Positions 9,520 to 19,081 of a DNA stretch of 64,000 nucleotides are shown piece after piece. The DNA lies in contig CAVJMG010000008.1 in assembly GCA_963650805.1 (NCBI GenBank), positions 8,199 through 72,198 of the forward strand, given 5' to 3'. The DNA is from an uncultured Bacteroidales bacterium (GTDB lineage Bacteria; Bacillota_I; Bacilli_A; RFN20; CAG-826). The notes beneath the pieces were generated by a model. That model did not search any database and had not been told where the DNA came from. It saw nothing but the letters and a program-made list of their open reading frames with translations. The translations under genes and the position numbers were made by a program. Numbering within the stretch: position 1 is the first letter of the stretch; the number at the start of each line of letters is the position of its first letter.

Positions 9520-10851
9520 TTAGGCAATTTTGAGCTCTGTGTTTTTGCTCCCCATGCCTTGGGGGACGCTGCTGTCGACCACCTGGGTGAAGATGAGCTT
9601 TTCGGGCAGTCCGTCGCTATTTCTTTCGGTAGAAACGTTGAGCTTCCATTCGACGTCGCCGCGGTCTTCGACTCTTCCCGGAGCCGAGAAGGTGAGGGTG
9701 TTCGTCGAGGCGTCGAATTTGTATTTCTTCGTCGTGGTGCTTATAAGCGTGCTCACAGCGGACTTCTCTAGGTGCTGATAGCCGGTGAAGGGATTGAAAT
9801 CTTTGCAATCCCAATCTCCCCAATCGTCGGTTTCGTAATAATAGGTGACTCCCCAGGTCAGCATCCCGTCCCCAGAGAAGGAAATCGTGATGGTGGAAGT
9901 GTAAGTGGTGTAGTCCGTCGTCGGCGTGTAACTGTAGGTTCCAACGTAGGTGACGGCCTTGGTGAAGGGGTCATCCTCGCTCACGACCGGCTTAGCTTCG
10001 GTTGGGACGGAGATGGTGACGTTGCCTTCTGGCATGTAGAAGTAGTAGCTTCCCTCGCTGGCGCCATCCTTGATTCCAACACTCTTCGTCCCAGAATCTT
10101 CGGACGAGACGGACAAATAAGTTCCGCTGATGCTTCCAGAGAGCATGTAGCCCTCTTCGATGGCAATGGAGAAGCTGATCGTCTTCCCGGATTTGTAATA
10201 GGCCTGCTCCTCTTCGATTTTGTAGGTGAAGTGGTTCCCGGAGAAAGAGACGGAATACAATCTATCGCTTTCGACGTTCAAGGTGATGTCGAAACCCGGC
10301 ATCAAGAAGGAATAGGCGCCTTCTTGATTTGGTTCGAGGCTAACGCGCGGGTAATTCGTCCCCTTCTCGACGTAATAGACGCTTTTCAAGGAGTAGTATG
10401 CCCCTAGGGAAGAAAGGGTGAAACTAACTTCCTCCCCGGCTTTATAAGAGGTCGCTCCTTTAGAGAAAACCACGCTGTAGCCGCTAGTTTTCGTCGTTAT
10501 CGAATGGGCCACCTCCTCCAAGCTGGAGGACTCCTCGCTAGAAGATTCTTCGCTGGAGGAAGATTCGGAGGATTGATGGGAAATCGATTCGCTAGAAGAG
10601 CTCGATTCCGTGGATGATGATTCTTGACTGCTTGAAGAGGAATAGCTGCTCGTTTCACTGGATGAGCTCGTTTCCTGTTGGCTGCTAGAAGAGCTTTCGC
10701 TCTGAATAACTGAGGATGAAGATGTTTCGCTTGCTTTGCTTTCGCTAGATGAGGCCGAGGAAGAGGGCGCGCCCCCTGAGCCTGAGCATCCAACTAAAAC
10801 CAAGGAAGACAAAACTAGGATCAGCCCGGCTTTGCTTCGCTGCATTGGCAA
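9520..10851 (-). CDS. Lipoprotein with ~90-aa Ser-rich linker, function unknown
   Basis: MPMQRSKAGLILVLSSLVLVGCSGSGG, then a long S/E-rich low-complexity segment, then a globular C-terminal part. Lies 45 bp upstream of the LRR gene on the same strand. Confidence 0.55.
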   Translation of the reverse strand: MPMQRSKAGLILVLSSLVLVGCSGSGGAPSSSASSSESKASETSSSSVIQSESSSSSQQETSSSSETSSYSSSSSQESSSTESSSSSESISHQSSESSSSEESSSEESSSLEEVAHSITTKTSGYSVVFSKGATSYKAGEEVSFTLSSLGAYYSLKSVYYVEKGTNYPRVSLEPNQEGAYSFLMPGFDITLNVESDRLYSVSFSGNHFTYKIEEEQAYYKSGKTISFSIAIEEGYMLSGSISGTYLSVSSEDSGTKSVGIKDGASEGSYYFYMPEGNVTISVPTEAKPVVSEDDPFTKAVTYVGTYSYTPTTDYTTYTSTITISFSGDGMLTWGVTYYYETDDWGDWDCKDFNPFTGYQHLEKSAVSTLISTTTKKYKFDASTNTLTFSAPGRVEDRGDVEWKLNVSTERNSDGLPEKLIFTQVVDSSVPQGMGSKNTELKIA

Positions 10852-10949
10852 CTCCTTTCATCGACGGAATGCTTATGATTTCCGCAGAATACTTTGCAAC
10901 TTCTCTTTTATATACGCGCGCAGGAAAATAGCAAGTTTTTTCTTCATAA

Positions 10950-10977
10950 CAGAAAAGCCCCTCCGGAATGGAGGGGC
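10950..10977 (-). terminator. Rho-independent terminator after the 10995..13145 lipoprotein gene
   Basis: Plus strand cccctcc-ggaat-ggagggg preceded by an A-run (a T-run on the minus strand). Confidence 0.45.
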
Positions 10978-10994
10978 ATGAGATTGGCGTCAAT

Positions 10995-13145
10995 TTATTC
11001 GGCGCTGGTGTCGGTGGATTCGGTGGTTTCGGTGGTGAGCAAGGCCTTCGCGGCGGCGGAGACGTTGTCGGTGCCGACGTCGGAGATGGTGTATCCCCAG
11101 GTGTAGTAGATGGAAGAGCTCACCTGGAAGACGAAGGAAGCGGTGAGCTTGGTGCCGTCTTCGGAGAGGATGAAGGAATTGGTCACGTATTCGGCCCATT
11201 CCTGGAGCTGGATCCAAATGGAGGTGTAGAAACCGGCGGTGCCAAGAAGCATCGAGGCCATGGACATAGTGCCGACGTTATAGCCATCGGAGAGGCCGAA
11301 CTCGGAATCGTCGCCGTAGGTGTTGAAGTAGTAGGAAGTGGAGTTGTCCGCGTTGACGGTCTTTTCATAGAAGGAGGTCACGTCGAGGAGGGTCACGCCT
11401 TTGGAGATGACGTCGCTATCGAAGGCCTGGCCGAGCATGGTGTTCTTCGTCCAAAGTTCGGTTCTTGAGGTTTCTTCGGTTTCGGTGTGCTCGGCGTCGT
11501 ATTTGTAGGTGTCTTCGGCCGCGTCGTAGGTGCCGGAAACGGTCTTATAGCTGCCGTTTTCGATGAATTGGACGTTGGCGGTGCCGGATTCGCCGACCTC
11601 CTCATGGTATTGATAATCGTCGTCCATGGAGATGACGGTCTGCTCATACATCGTCGCGTTGGCGGCGATCTTCAAGGAATAGTTCCCGAAGACGCCCTTC
11701 TCCGTGTCGCTGAAGTGCATGTTCTCAGGGCAATCGATGTTTTTTCCATCGCCATCGGTCCACTGGCCATAGCCTTCGAGGGTCATGGTCTTTTGCTCGA
11801 TCATGTTCTTGAAGAAGGTGTTGATCGGGCTGATGTCGATTTGCTCGGGGATGACGGGATCGGCGGCCCAAGCCTCCAAAGCGGGGATTTTCACTCCGTT
11901 GACGTTGCTGACCATGACGGTGGTGCTATAGGTGTGTCCATCAGAGTAGCTGAAGCTGCCGATAAGTCCGCCATCGTTAGCCGGGACGACGTTGAGGACG
12001 CCGGAATCGGGGAAGTAGAGGACGACGGCGTAAGTGGCATCCAGGTTCCTTTGCAAGAAGCTCCAAACGGGGGCGCCGATGCCGGAATAGAAGTCGCTGA
12101 TGACGGTGCTGGAAGTGGAGGTCTCGGCGAGGGTGTAGACGTAATAGGGGTTGCCGTCGCTATCGGCTCCGATGACGGGGACGCCTTTGTCGGTCAATTC
12201 CGCGAAAGCGCTGGAAGAAGTGGCGAAAGCGGTGATGCCTTCGCTGTCTTTCCCCCCGGCGTAGCCCGGGTTGAAAGTGGCGGAATCCTCGAAGGTGACT
12301 TCGTCGTTGTCATCGATGGAGGCATTGATGGAGAAGCCATAGTTCTTGGAATCGTTCTTGTTGTAGACCGAACCGGTGAAGACGTATTTGCCGGTGGTGG
12401 CGTCTTTGCCGGCGAGGCTCGCGTAGTAGTTGTCGGCGAGCATGTAGTAGCCGGCCAAAGAGCTGTAGGATTCGAGGTTAGCGCCGATCGAGTCAATGAA
12501 GGCGTTGAATTTGAGCTTGTTCTCGGAAACGACTTTGCCGGTGATGGCCCTCTTGGTGGTGCCGGCGACGATGGTCACGCTGAAATCGCCAAGGGCAAGG
12601 CCGATGACTTTGTGTCCGTCGATCTGGACGGTGTCGGAATCGGTGGTCAAGCTCCAAGTGTCGACTTTGGTGACGGTGACGTATTGCTCGAGGTCAAGGG
12701 CGTTTTTGGAACCTAAAGCGATTTCGCCGGGCAAATTGTCGTAGTCGACGCTGATCTTGCCGGCGACCTGCCTCTCCTTGACGGTGAGGACGACCTCGCG
12801 GGTCGCGGCGCCGTTAGCGATGTTGGCAGTGATTTTGCAAGAGCCGACGCCGATGCCGGCGACAAGACCGGTCTCGGAAACGGTGGCGATTTCATTGTTG
12901 GACGAGCTCCAAGAAACGGGGAGCTGAGCCGGATCGGTGGTGACGGTCAATTGCAAAGTGGAGCCTTTTTCGACCTCAGGGTTTTCCTGGTCGATTTTGG
13001 CACTGTTGACAACGATCGAAGGGGTGCTGCTGGAGCTGCTGGATTCCCCGCCTTGCTGATTGCAAGAAGCCAAGGTGAGCGAAGTCGCGCCCACAGAAGC
13101 GACCAATGCGGCAGCGGTGAGCAGCTTAACGCAAATTTTCTTCAT
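10995..13145 (-). CDS. Surface lipoprotein with Ig-like (Big_2-type) domains
   Basis: MKKICVKLLTAAALVASVGATSLTLASCNQQGG lipobox plus poly-Ser. The N-terminal region GSCKITANIANGAATREVVLTV resembles the Big_2 fold signature. Confidence 0.6.
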   Translation of the reverse strand: MKKICVKLLTAAALVASVGATSLTLASCNQQGGESSSSSSTPSIVVNSAKIDQENPEVEKGSTLQLTVTTDPAQLPVSWSSSNNEIATVSETGLVAGIGVGSCKITANIANGAATREVVLTVKERQVAGKISVDYDNLPGEIALGSKNALDLEQYVTVTKVDTWSLTTDSDTVQIDGHKVIGLALGDFSVTIVAGTTKRAITGKVVSENKLKFNAFIDSIGANLESYSSLAGYYMLADNYYASLAGKDATTGKYVFTGSVYNKNDSKNYGFSINASIDDNDEVTFEDSATFNPGYAGGKDSEGITAFATSSSAFAELTDKGVPVIGADSDGNPYYVYTLAETSTSSTVISDFYSGIGAPVWSFLQRNLDATYAVVLYFPDSGVLNVVPANDGGLIGSFSYSDGHTYSTTVMVSNVNGVKIPALEAWAADPVIPEQIDISPINTFFKNMIEQKTMTLEGYGQWTDGDGKNIDCPENMHFSDTEKGVFGNYSLKIAANATMYEQTVISMDDDYQYHEEVGESGTANVQFIENGSYKTVSGTYDAAEDTYKYDAEHTETEETSRTELWTKNTMLGQAFDSDVISKGVTLLDVTSFYEKTVNADNSTSYYFNTYGDDSEFGLSDGYNVGTMSMASMLLGTAGFYTSIWIQLQEWAEYVTNSFILSEDGTKLTASFVFQVSSSIYYTWGYTISDVGTDNVSAAAKALLTTETTESTDTSAE

Positions 13146-13411
13146 ATTCTTTTCCTTTCTTTGCGCGTTTTTCGCACGAAAGCGCGCGCACTCACGTAGA
13201 GTTGCCTATGTACCATATAACGCAAATAAAAGATTGCAAGCCTTATTTTTTCTTTTCATTGACGCAAACGAAGTTTAGAAATGCTTTTGTAAGCGCTATC
13301 AAATTCATTTTGTATTCCTGTTCGTTTCTCATCATTTTGCCGACTTTGAAAATGCGAAAAACGCAACAATGAGCGGAAAATAATTTTAGATATATATATT
13401 CCTATATATAT

Positions 13412-13445
13412 GAAAAGGCCTCGGTAGTCCCGAGGCCTTCTTGCT
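13412..13445. terminator. Hairpin terminator downstream of the minus-strand 13452..15590 gene (bidirectional-type)
   Basis: aggcctcgg-tagtc-ccgaggcct flanked by an A-run upstream and a T-rich stretch downstream. Confidence 0.5.
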
Positions 13446-13451
13446 TTTGTC

Positions 13452-15590
13452 TCACGCGTCGATATTGACGAAGTGGATGGTGATCGAATCGTCGGTCTGC
13501 CCGGTGATTTCAAAGTTCCAGTTGAGCTTGCTGCCGTCGTTGAAGGTGAGGCCGTTCATGTAAAGGCTGCTCATCTTGAAGTTGCTGTAGGAGCTTCCGC
13601 CGTACTTCTTGTTGCCATCGTCGGCTTTCGGATCGCCGCCCCAGGTGAGGCTGTAATCATCGTCACCGAAGACGTTGACCATGTTGCCCATGGTGCTGTA
13701 GTAGGTGCTTCCGCCGAAGCTATCGACTCCGGAAGGGGTGATGGCCTTGACGTGGCGAAGGGCGGTCGGGGAGACGACGCTGCCGTCTTTGATTTCTTGG
13801 GACAAACGCCCGGAAGAGGTGCCGTCGTTGCTGGCGTAAAGAGTAGCGGCCTCTTCGTAGGTTCCTTTGGTCGTATCTTTATAAGAAGACGCGCGCGGAG
13901 TGTCGGTATAGGCCAAAGTGCCCTCGCCCTTGGAGCCATCCTCATCAAGCTTCCCTTGGACGGATGCGGTTCTAGCGTCGATGTGGAAGATCTGCAAGCC
14001 GGAGTGCTCATAGGTGCCGCCGTGGCCGTAGGTGGCTTGCCCGGAAGAGCTCGTCGCGTTGGACCATTCCGGATACCCGGTGGAATCCATCTTGTTGACG
14101 CCGGTGGGGGTGTAGTACTCAAGGACTAAATATTCGTCGTAGGGGGTTTCGTTCCAAGCGTCGGTGGTGGTGTTGCGGAGAAGGATGAATTTGCCGGTGT
14201 CCGTATAGGAGGGCAAGGTGATTTCGAAGTTGTCCAAAGAGCCGTCGACAACCATCGGCCCGACCCAGTTGTAGGCCATCTTCGTGTAGGCGTTATGGTC
14301 GCCGACGTTTTGGTCCATCATGTCGACGCATCCGGCGGCGCCTTCGAGGTGGTCATAGGAATAGTAGTCGGGGGCGCCCATCATGTGCCCGGTTTCGTGG
14401 ATGATGGTGTGGGCGTCGACGGCGTTGCCGTTGACCCTGTTGCCGATGGGGTTGCCGGACTCGTCCTGAACATCAGCGTAGTAGCTATTGGTCAAGAAGT
14501 CGAAGCGGGACCAGAAAATGCGCCTGGCGCCGGGCTTTTTCACGTTCTTGGTGCCGCTGACGTTGGTGGTGAAGTTCCACCACAGGTTGCCGCTTTTCTC
14601 GCTGGTTCCGAAGCCGCTTGTGGGGATGCTCTGGGAAGTGTAGTAGACGACTTCGATTCCGTCGATGTAGCCATCGCCGTTAGCGTCGTATTTGGTGGGG
14701 TCGAGGTCTCCGGATTCGGTCAACTGCTTCACGGCGTCGAGGGTGATTTTCTGAGCTATTGAGGTATCGTCTCCGTTGAGCTTGGAATCGTCGGCGTCGT
14801 AAGTGACGATCGGGGTGACGTCGCCGGTGATGTTCAAGGCACCGAAGCTCGCTTTGTCGTAATAGGAGTGGAGAGATTCCCAAGGGGTGTCTTTCCCATC
14901 CTCGTTCTTGGCGAAGAAGGCTTCCTCAAGGACGTCATGGACCTTTTCTTCGCTGATGCCGGCGTTGCTGAATTTGGCATTGTTGAATTGGACGGGGATG
15001 ACCAAAATATTGACCGTTCCGCTGCTAGGCATGCCCGACCCGCCGAGAGTCTCGATGCCCGAATAGTTTTGGTAGGTGTATTGGGAGAGGCTTTCCTTAG
15101 AGACTGTGTGGTAGCCTTTGCCTTCGCTGGCTTTCTTAACGTCCTTCTCTTGGACGGTGAAGTCGATCGTCTTGGTCCACTTGGCCTTCATGTAGCGCAC
15201 TTTGGCGGTGTAGGAGCCTTTTGGGAGGACGTCTCCGGCTTCATAGACCTTGGTGGAATCGTTTTTGTCGGTGATCGTGTAGGTGGTCTGGAATTTGTAT
15301 TCGGTGACGTCTTTGTCGGTGCCGGCTTCTTCGTCAATGAAATGGACGCTGGGCTTGGCGGCGTCGAAGAAGCAGGTGCCCTCCGGGATGACCGTGTTCC
15401 CCAAGGAGACTTCCACCCTTTGCTTCGAGGGCGTAGAGCTTATGGATTCTTCGCTGGATTCCGAGCTGGATTCGGAACTTTCGGTGGATTCGATGGCGCT
15501 GGAACTCGAGGATGAGGAGTTTCCGCCGGTTTGTCCGCAAGAGGCGAGGGCCAATCCGAGAACGGCCCAGGCGAGGTATTTCTTTTTCAT
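13452..15590 (-). CDS. Lipoprotein zinc metallopeptidase, M6 (immune inhibitor A)-like HExxHxxGxPDxY motif
   Basis: MKKKYLAWAVLGLALASCGQTGG lipobox plus poly-Ser. Motif HTIIHETGHMMGAPDYYSYD. Confidence 0.55.
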   Translation of the reverse strand: MKKKYLAWAVLGLALASCGQTGGNSSSSSSSAIESTESSESSSESSEESISSTPSKQRVEVSLGNTVIPEGTCFFDAAKPSVHFIDEEAGTDKDVTEYKFQTTYTITDKNDSTKVYEAGDVLPKGSYTAKVRYMKAKWTKTIDFTVQEKDVKKASEGKGYHTVSKESLSQYTYQNYSGIETLGGSGMPSSGTVNILVIPVQFNNAKFSNAGISEEKVHDVLEEAFFAKNEDGKDTPWESLHSYYDKASFGALNITGDVTPIVTYDADDSKLNGDDTSIAQKITLDAVKQLTESGDLDPTKYDANGDGYIDGIEVVYYTSQSIPTSGFGTSEKSGNLWWNFTTNVSGTKNVKKPGARRIFWSRFDFLTNSYYADVQDESGNPIGNRVNGNAVDAHTIIHETGHMMGAPDYYSYDHLEGAAGCVDMMDQNVGDHNAYTKMAYNWVGPMVVDGSLDNFEITLPSYTDTGKFILLRNTTTDAWNETPYDEYLVLEYYTPTGVNKMDSTGYPEWSNATSSSGQATYGHGGTYEHSGLQIFHIDARTASVQGKLDEDGSKGEGTLAYTDTPRASSYKDTTKGTYEEAATLYASNDGTSSGRLSQEIKDGSVVSPTALRHVKAITPSGVDSFGGSTYYSTMGNMVNVFGDDDYSLTWGGDPKADDGNKKYGGSSYSNFKMSSLYMNGLTFNDGSKLNWNFEITGQTDDSITIHFVNIDA

Positions 15591-15630
15591 GCGTGTGTTC
15601 TTCCTTTCTTAAAACCTGCTTAATATAAAT

Positions 15631-16110
15631 ATGGTAGGGTTTTTGTCAAGGAAAAGCGTTCTGGAGCGCTTGTTTCTATTGCCAGAAATCCCTTTTGATT
15701 TTATCCTTCAACGCATGGATCCGCGCAAAAGGAAAACGCTGCTTCAACTCCTCTATTGGGGGATAGGCTGCTCTGCGGTATTTTGTCTCGTCTTTTTCCT
15801 TCGTCCTCCCTACACCATCAAAGGGGCAAGCGACGCTTGCTTCATCGCCGGAGCCTTGGGCTTGGCGGGAATCGGAATGACGTTCGCGATACGTTCTGGA
15901 AGCTTCGACGTTTTGAACTATGGTGTTTATCGCCTCTTCGAATCCTTCCGCCTCGACAATAAGAAGCGGTGGGACACCGCGGGCGACTACAAACTCGACA
16001 TGGACGCTAAACGCCACAAGAACAAAGCTCTCTATTGGCCCGCACTCATTGTTAGTGGAGTCTATCTAACCATTGCCCTTGTTTTGACGGTTTTCGTCCT
16101 CGTTGGGTGA
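15631..16110 (+). CDS. Small polytopic membrane protein (DUF3899-like), unknown function
   Basis: ATG at 15631. Two hydrophobic pairs flank a charged loop. Divergent from the lipoprotein cluster. Confidence 0.4.
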   Translation: MVGFLSRKSVLERLFLLPEIPFDFILQRMDPRKRKTLLQLLYWGIGCSAVFCLVFFLRPPYTIKGASDACFIAGALGLAGIGMTFAIRSGSFDVLNYGVYRLFESFRLDNKKRWDTAGDYKLDMDAKRHKNKALYWPALIVSGVYLTIALVLTVFVLVG

Positions 16111-16232
16111 AACTCGCGTTAGTTTCGCTTATTTTTATAAAATAACGCTTGCCTTTTTTTCGCCGTGTGGTTAGGTATAGCAGCGCTTGCAGTTTTTTAA
16201 GCGTGATTACGTCAATGCAAAGGAGAAAAGCT

Positions 16233-18950
16233 ATGAACAAAAACAAAGCGTTTGCCCTCCCTCTAGTTGCCTTAAGCCTCATCCTCGCCTCTTGCGGCGG
16301 TAATGGTGGCAATACAGGAAGCAGTTCCGCCAGCAGCAGCGGTGGCAAAAGCGATTCAAGTCAGACTAGCACCAGCACTAGCCAAAGCGGGTTCACCCCC
16401 GATCCCTCCGCCGTTTTGCCCGAGACCCCCACGGGGAACCTCGCCGACGGCGCCTTCGACTATTCCGAGCTCGACTGGAAGGAGAGGTCCAAGATCCTCG
16501 CCTCTTTGGAATACTACGCCCTGAGGAACCACACGGCCGGCATCCCCCTCTACGACGACGCCAGCTACGAGCAGTTCTCTCACCGCATCACCCTCCCCTC
16601 GACCAAATACCTCACCAACTACGGCTTCGGCACGAGCTACGGCACCATCGACGCCGGCGGGCTCATGAACGACAAGACCATCGACGAGCCGGTCGAGAAG
16701 TGGAAGAGCTACTTCCACGGCTACACCAGCACCGACTCCGGTACCTTCAACGCCTGGAACTCCAACGGCAGCGACGTCTCCGAGCGCTCCTCGATGATCA
16801 CCTCGAGCTACTTCGGCGTCAAAGCCAACGCGGACAACACCTCCTACAGCTGGGTCGGCTCGCTCTCCAAGACCGACGCCCCGATCATGCTCGACTCCGA
16901 GGGCAACGTCGTCGACAGCCCCGCCTCCGACGCCACCTCCAAATACTGGAGGGTCAAGGTCAAGACCGGCGGCGACCTCATCTACCACACCGCCGCCACC
17001 AGCAAGTGGAAGTCCAAATACGACGGCACGGCCGTCAAGCTCGAGGACTATTTGACCCCGTTCAAGGCGCTCCTTATGTCCAACATGGTGCGCACCAGCA
17101 CCCTCGTCTCCGACACCTCGGGCTTCGAGGGGGCCATGGATTTCTTCTACAACAACGAGAAGTCCAAATACCTCAACGACTGGGCCAATTCCGGCGTCGG
17201 CATCCAGCTCAACGAAAAGGAGGGCGCGATCGACTTCACCTTCATCCAGCCCAAGAGCGCGAGCTACGCCAGGACCTCCTTGGCCAGCAGCCTCTTCTCC
17301 CCGATGCCCCAGGAATTCCTCGAGGACCTCGGCGAGGGCTCCTTCACCAAAGGGACCTCTAGCTACGGCTTGATCGGCACCTCTAGCGACAACAGCTACA
17401 CCGACGTCTTCGACAACATCCTCATCCTCGGCGCCTACATCCCCGAATTCTGGCAGCAGAAGGTCAAGCTCGTCTATTCCGCCAACAAGGATTACTTCGA
17501 GGCCTCCGACTTCCATTACGACGGCTACTCCGAGGTCATCTTCGAGGGCACTACCGCGGACGAGGACGCCTACAACGCGTTCCTGAGCAACAAGCTCGAC
17601 GAGGTCACCATCCCCCTGTCCCAGCTCACCAACCACAAGAACGACCCGACCGTCCTCCGCACCGAGGGCTCGACCATCATCAAGCTCAACCTCAACACGA
17701 CCACCGCCGAGGAGTGGGAGTACTACTTTGGCAAAAACGGCACCATCACGACCCACCCCGAGAACAACTACTGGAGCACCCAGGCCCTGATGAGCAACGA
17801 CGACTTCCTCGACGGCCTCTATTACTGCATCGACCGCAAGGAGCTCGCCGACCTCGCCGGTAAGAACCCGGCCGCCAGCTACCTCTCCAGCGCTTACATG
17901 CTCGACCCCGAGGGCGTCGTCTCCTACCGCGACTCCTCCTACGGCAAAGGCGTCCTCGCCAACTTCCAGAAGGCCGCCAACAACGAGTACTGCTATTCGC
18001 GCTCCCTGGCCCAAAGCTACTTCAAGCGCGCCGGCGACGCCTTGGTCGCTAGCGGCGAGTACGAGAAGGGCGAGGAGATCACCCTCCAGGCGCTCTACCG
18101 CTACCAGAAGACCATCGACAACCTCGGCAGCTACATCAAAAAGTACGTCGAGGAGGCCTTCAACGAGGCCAACAGGGGCTCCTCCGGGCTCACGCTGAAG
18201 CTCAATCTGAAGACGGCCGGCAACAACTACACCGACTGCTACACCAAGATGGACAACGGCGAATTCGACTTCGCCGAAGGCGCCATCACCGGCAACGTGC
18301 TCAACCCGCTTGAGTTCATGAACACCCTCTCCACCAACAAGACCCTCAACTCGGGCTTCTGCCTCAACTGGGGCAAGCGCACCGACAGGCTCCACGAAAG
18401 CGGCTCCAAAGACCGCTATGCGGCCACCTACAACGGCATGGACTTCAGCTACGACGCCCTTTGGAACGCCTCGCAGGGCTTCACCCCCGTCGACGAGGGC
18501 TTAGCCATCCCCGTCGGCGACGAGGCCAAGATCGAATACAACGCCTCCAAGAAGACCGTGGACTTCTCCGCGAAGTTCTCCTCCAACGTCACCGACGACA
18601 ACGGCAACTTGCTCTACAGCTTCTCCTTCGGCGACAGGATCGCGGTCATCACCTCGAACCAGGCCGGCGGATATGACGGCGGCTACTACACCTCCGCCAA
18701 CTCGGCCCTAAAGGTCGACCCCAACGGCAAGCTTTCCTTCTCCATCCCCACCTCGGAGATCGAGAAATTGGCCAAGATGGTCGCCGGCTCCGATGAGGTC
18801 AAGAAGACGCAGAATTACTTCCGCCTCTACTTCACCCTCGTCTATTCGGTCAACCGCCCGAGCGGAAAGGTCACCAAATCGACCTTGATCGACGTCTCCG
18901 GCGCACTTGCCGACTACGGCATCTCCGCCGTCTACAAAGCCGAGAACTAA
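16233..18950 (+). CDS. Large lipoprotein, probable oligopeptide-ABC substrate-binding protein (OppA-like) by context
   Basis: ATG 16233 after AGGAG (16221-16225). MNKNKAFALPLVALSLILASCGGNGG lipobox plus Ser-rich linker. Located immediately upstream of oppBCDF. Assignment by synteny, not motif. Confidence 0.55.
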   Translation: MNKNKAFALPLVALSLILASCGGNGGNTGSSSASSSGGKSDSSQTSTSTSQSGFTPDPSAVLPETPTGNLADGAFDYSELDWKERSKILASLEYYALRNHTAGIPLYDDASYEQFSHRITLPSTKYLTNYGFGTSYGTIDAGGLMNDKTIDEPVEKWKSYFHGYTSTDSGTFNAWNSNGSDVSERSSMITSSYFGVKANADNTSYSWVGSLSKTDAPIMLDSEGNVVDSPASDATSKYWRVKVKTGGDLIYHTAATSKWKSKYDGTAVKLEDYLTPFKALLMSNMVRTSTLVSDTSGFEGAMDFFYNNEKSKYLNDWANSGVGIQLNEKEGAIDFTFIQPKSASYARTSLASSLFSPMPQEFLEDLGEGSFTKGTSSYGLIGTSSDNSYTDVFDNILILGAYIPEFWQQKVKLVYSANKDYFEASDFHYDGYSEVIFEGTTADEDAYNAFLSNKLDEVTIPLSQLTNHKNDPTVLRTEGSTIIKLNLNTTTAEEWEYYFGKNGTITTHPENNYWSTQALMSNDDFLDGLYYCIDRKELADLAGKNPAASYLSSAYMLDPEGVVSYRDSSYGKGVLANFQKAANNEYCYSRSLAQSYFKRAGDALVASGEYEKGEEITLQALYRYQKTIDNLGSYIKKYVEEAFNEANRGSSGLTLKLNLKTAGNNYTDCYTKMDNGEFDFAEGAITGNVLNPLEFMNTLSTNKTLNSGFCLNWGKRTDRLHESGSKDRYAATYNGMDFSYDALWNASQGFTPVDEGLAIPVGDEAKIEYNASKKTVDFSAKFSSNVTDDNGNLLYSFSFGDRIAVITSNQAGGYDGGYYTSANSALKVDPNGKLSFSIPTSEIEKLAKMVAGSDEVKKTQNYFRLYFTLVYSVNRPSGKVTKSTLIDVSGALADYGISAVYKAEN

Positions 18951-18971
18951 TCCTTCGGAATTGCCTTGATT

Positions 18972-18996
18972 GCCGCCCCTTAAGGGGCGGCTTTTT
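18972..18996 (+). terminator. Rho-independent terminator after the oppA-like gene
   Basis: gccgcccct-taa-ggggcggc followed by TTTTT. Confidence 0.55.
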
Positions 18997-18997
18997 C

Positions 18998-19026
18998 TTG
19001 CATTGACGCCACTAGGGGCGTAATCT
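18998..19026 (+). promoter_or_regulatory. Candidate sigma-A promoter for oppBCDF (TTGCAT-17 nt-TAATCT)
   Basis: TTGCAT 18998-19003, 17-nt spacer, TAATCT 19021-19026; the oppB RBS AGGAAAGGG follows. Confidence 0.4.
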
Positions 19027-19081
19027 ACTTTCGTTGCCGTTTTGCTGCGGCTAGTTTTGGAATTATAGGAAAGGGAATTGC

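Noticed and set aside
16700-17362. 220-aa Arg/Gln/Leu-rich ORF inside the oppA-like gene in another frame
   Set aside because: An alternative-frame artefact of high-GC coding sequence with extreme low complexity.
16356-18395. 679-aa minus-strand ORF opposite the oppA-like gene, and similar long antisense ORFs (11487..12716, 22169..23320, 23509..24492, 42034..43050, 8682..9269, 20802..21413)
   Set aside because: They are low-complexity G/A/V/D/R-rich translations typical of stop-codon-poor antisense frames in high-GC coding DNA. Each overlaps a well-supported gene with recognisable motifs on the other strand and has no RBS.
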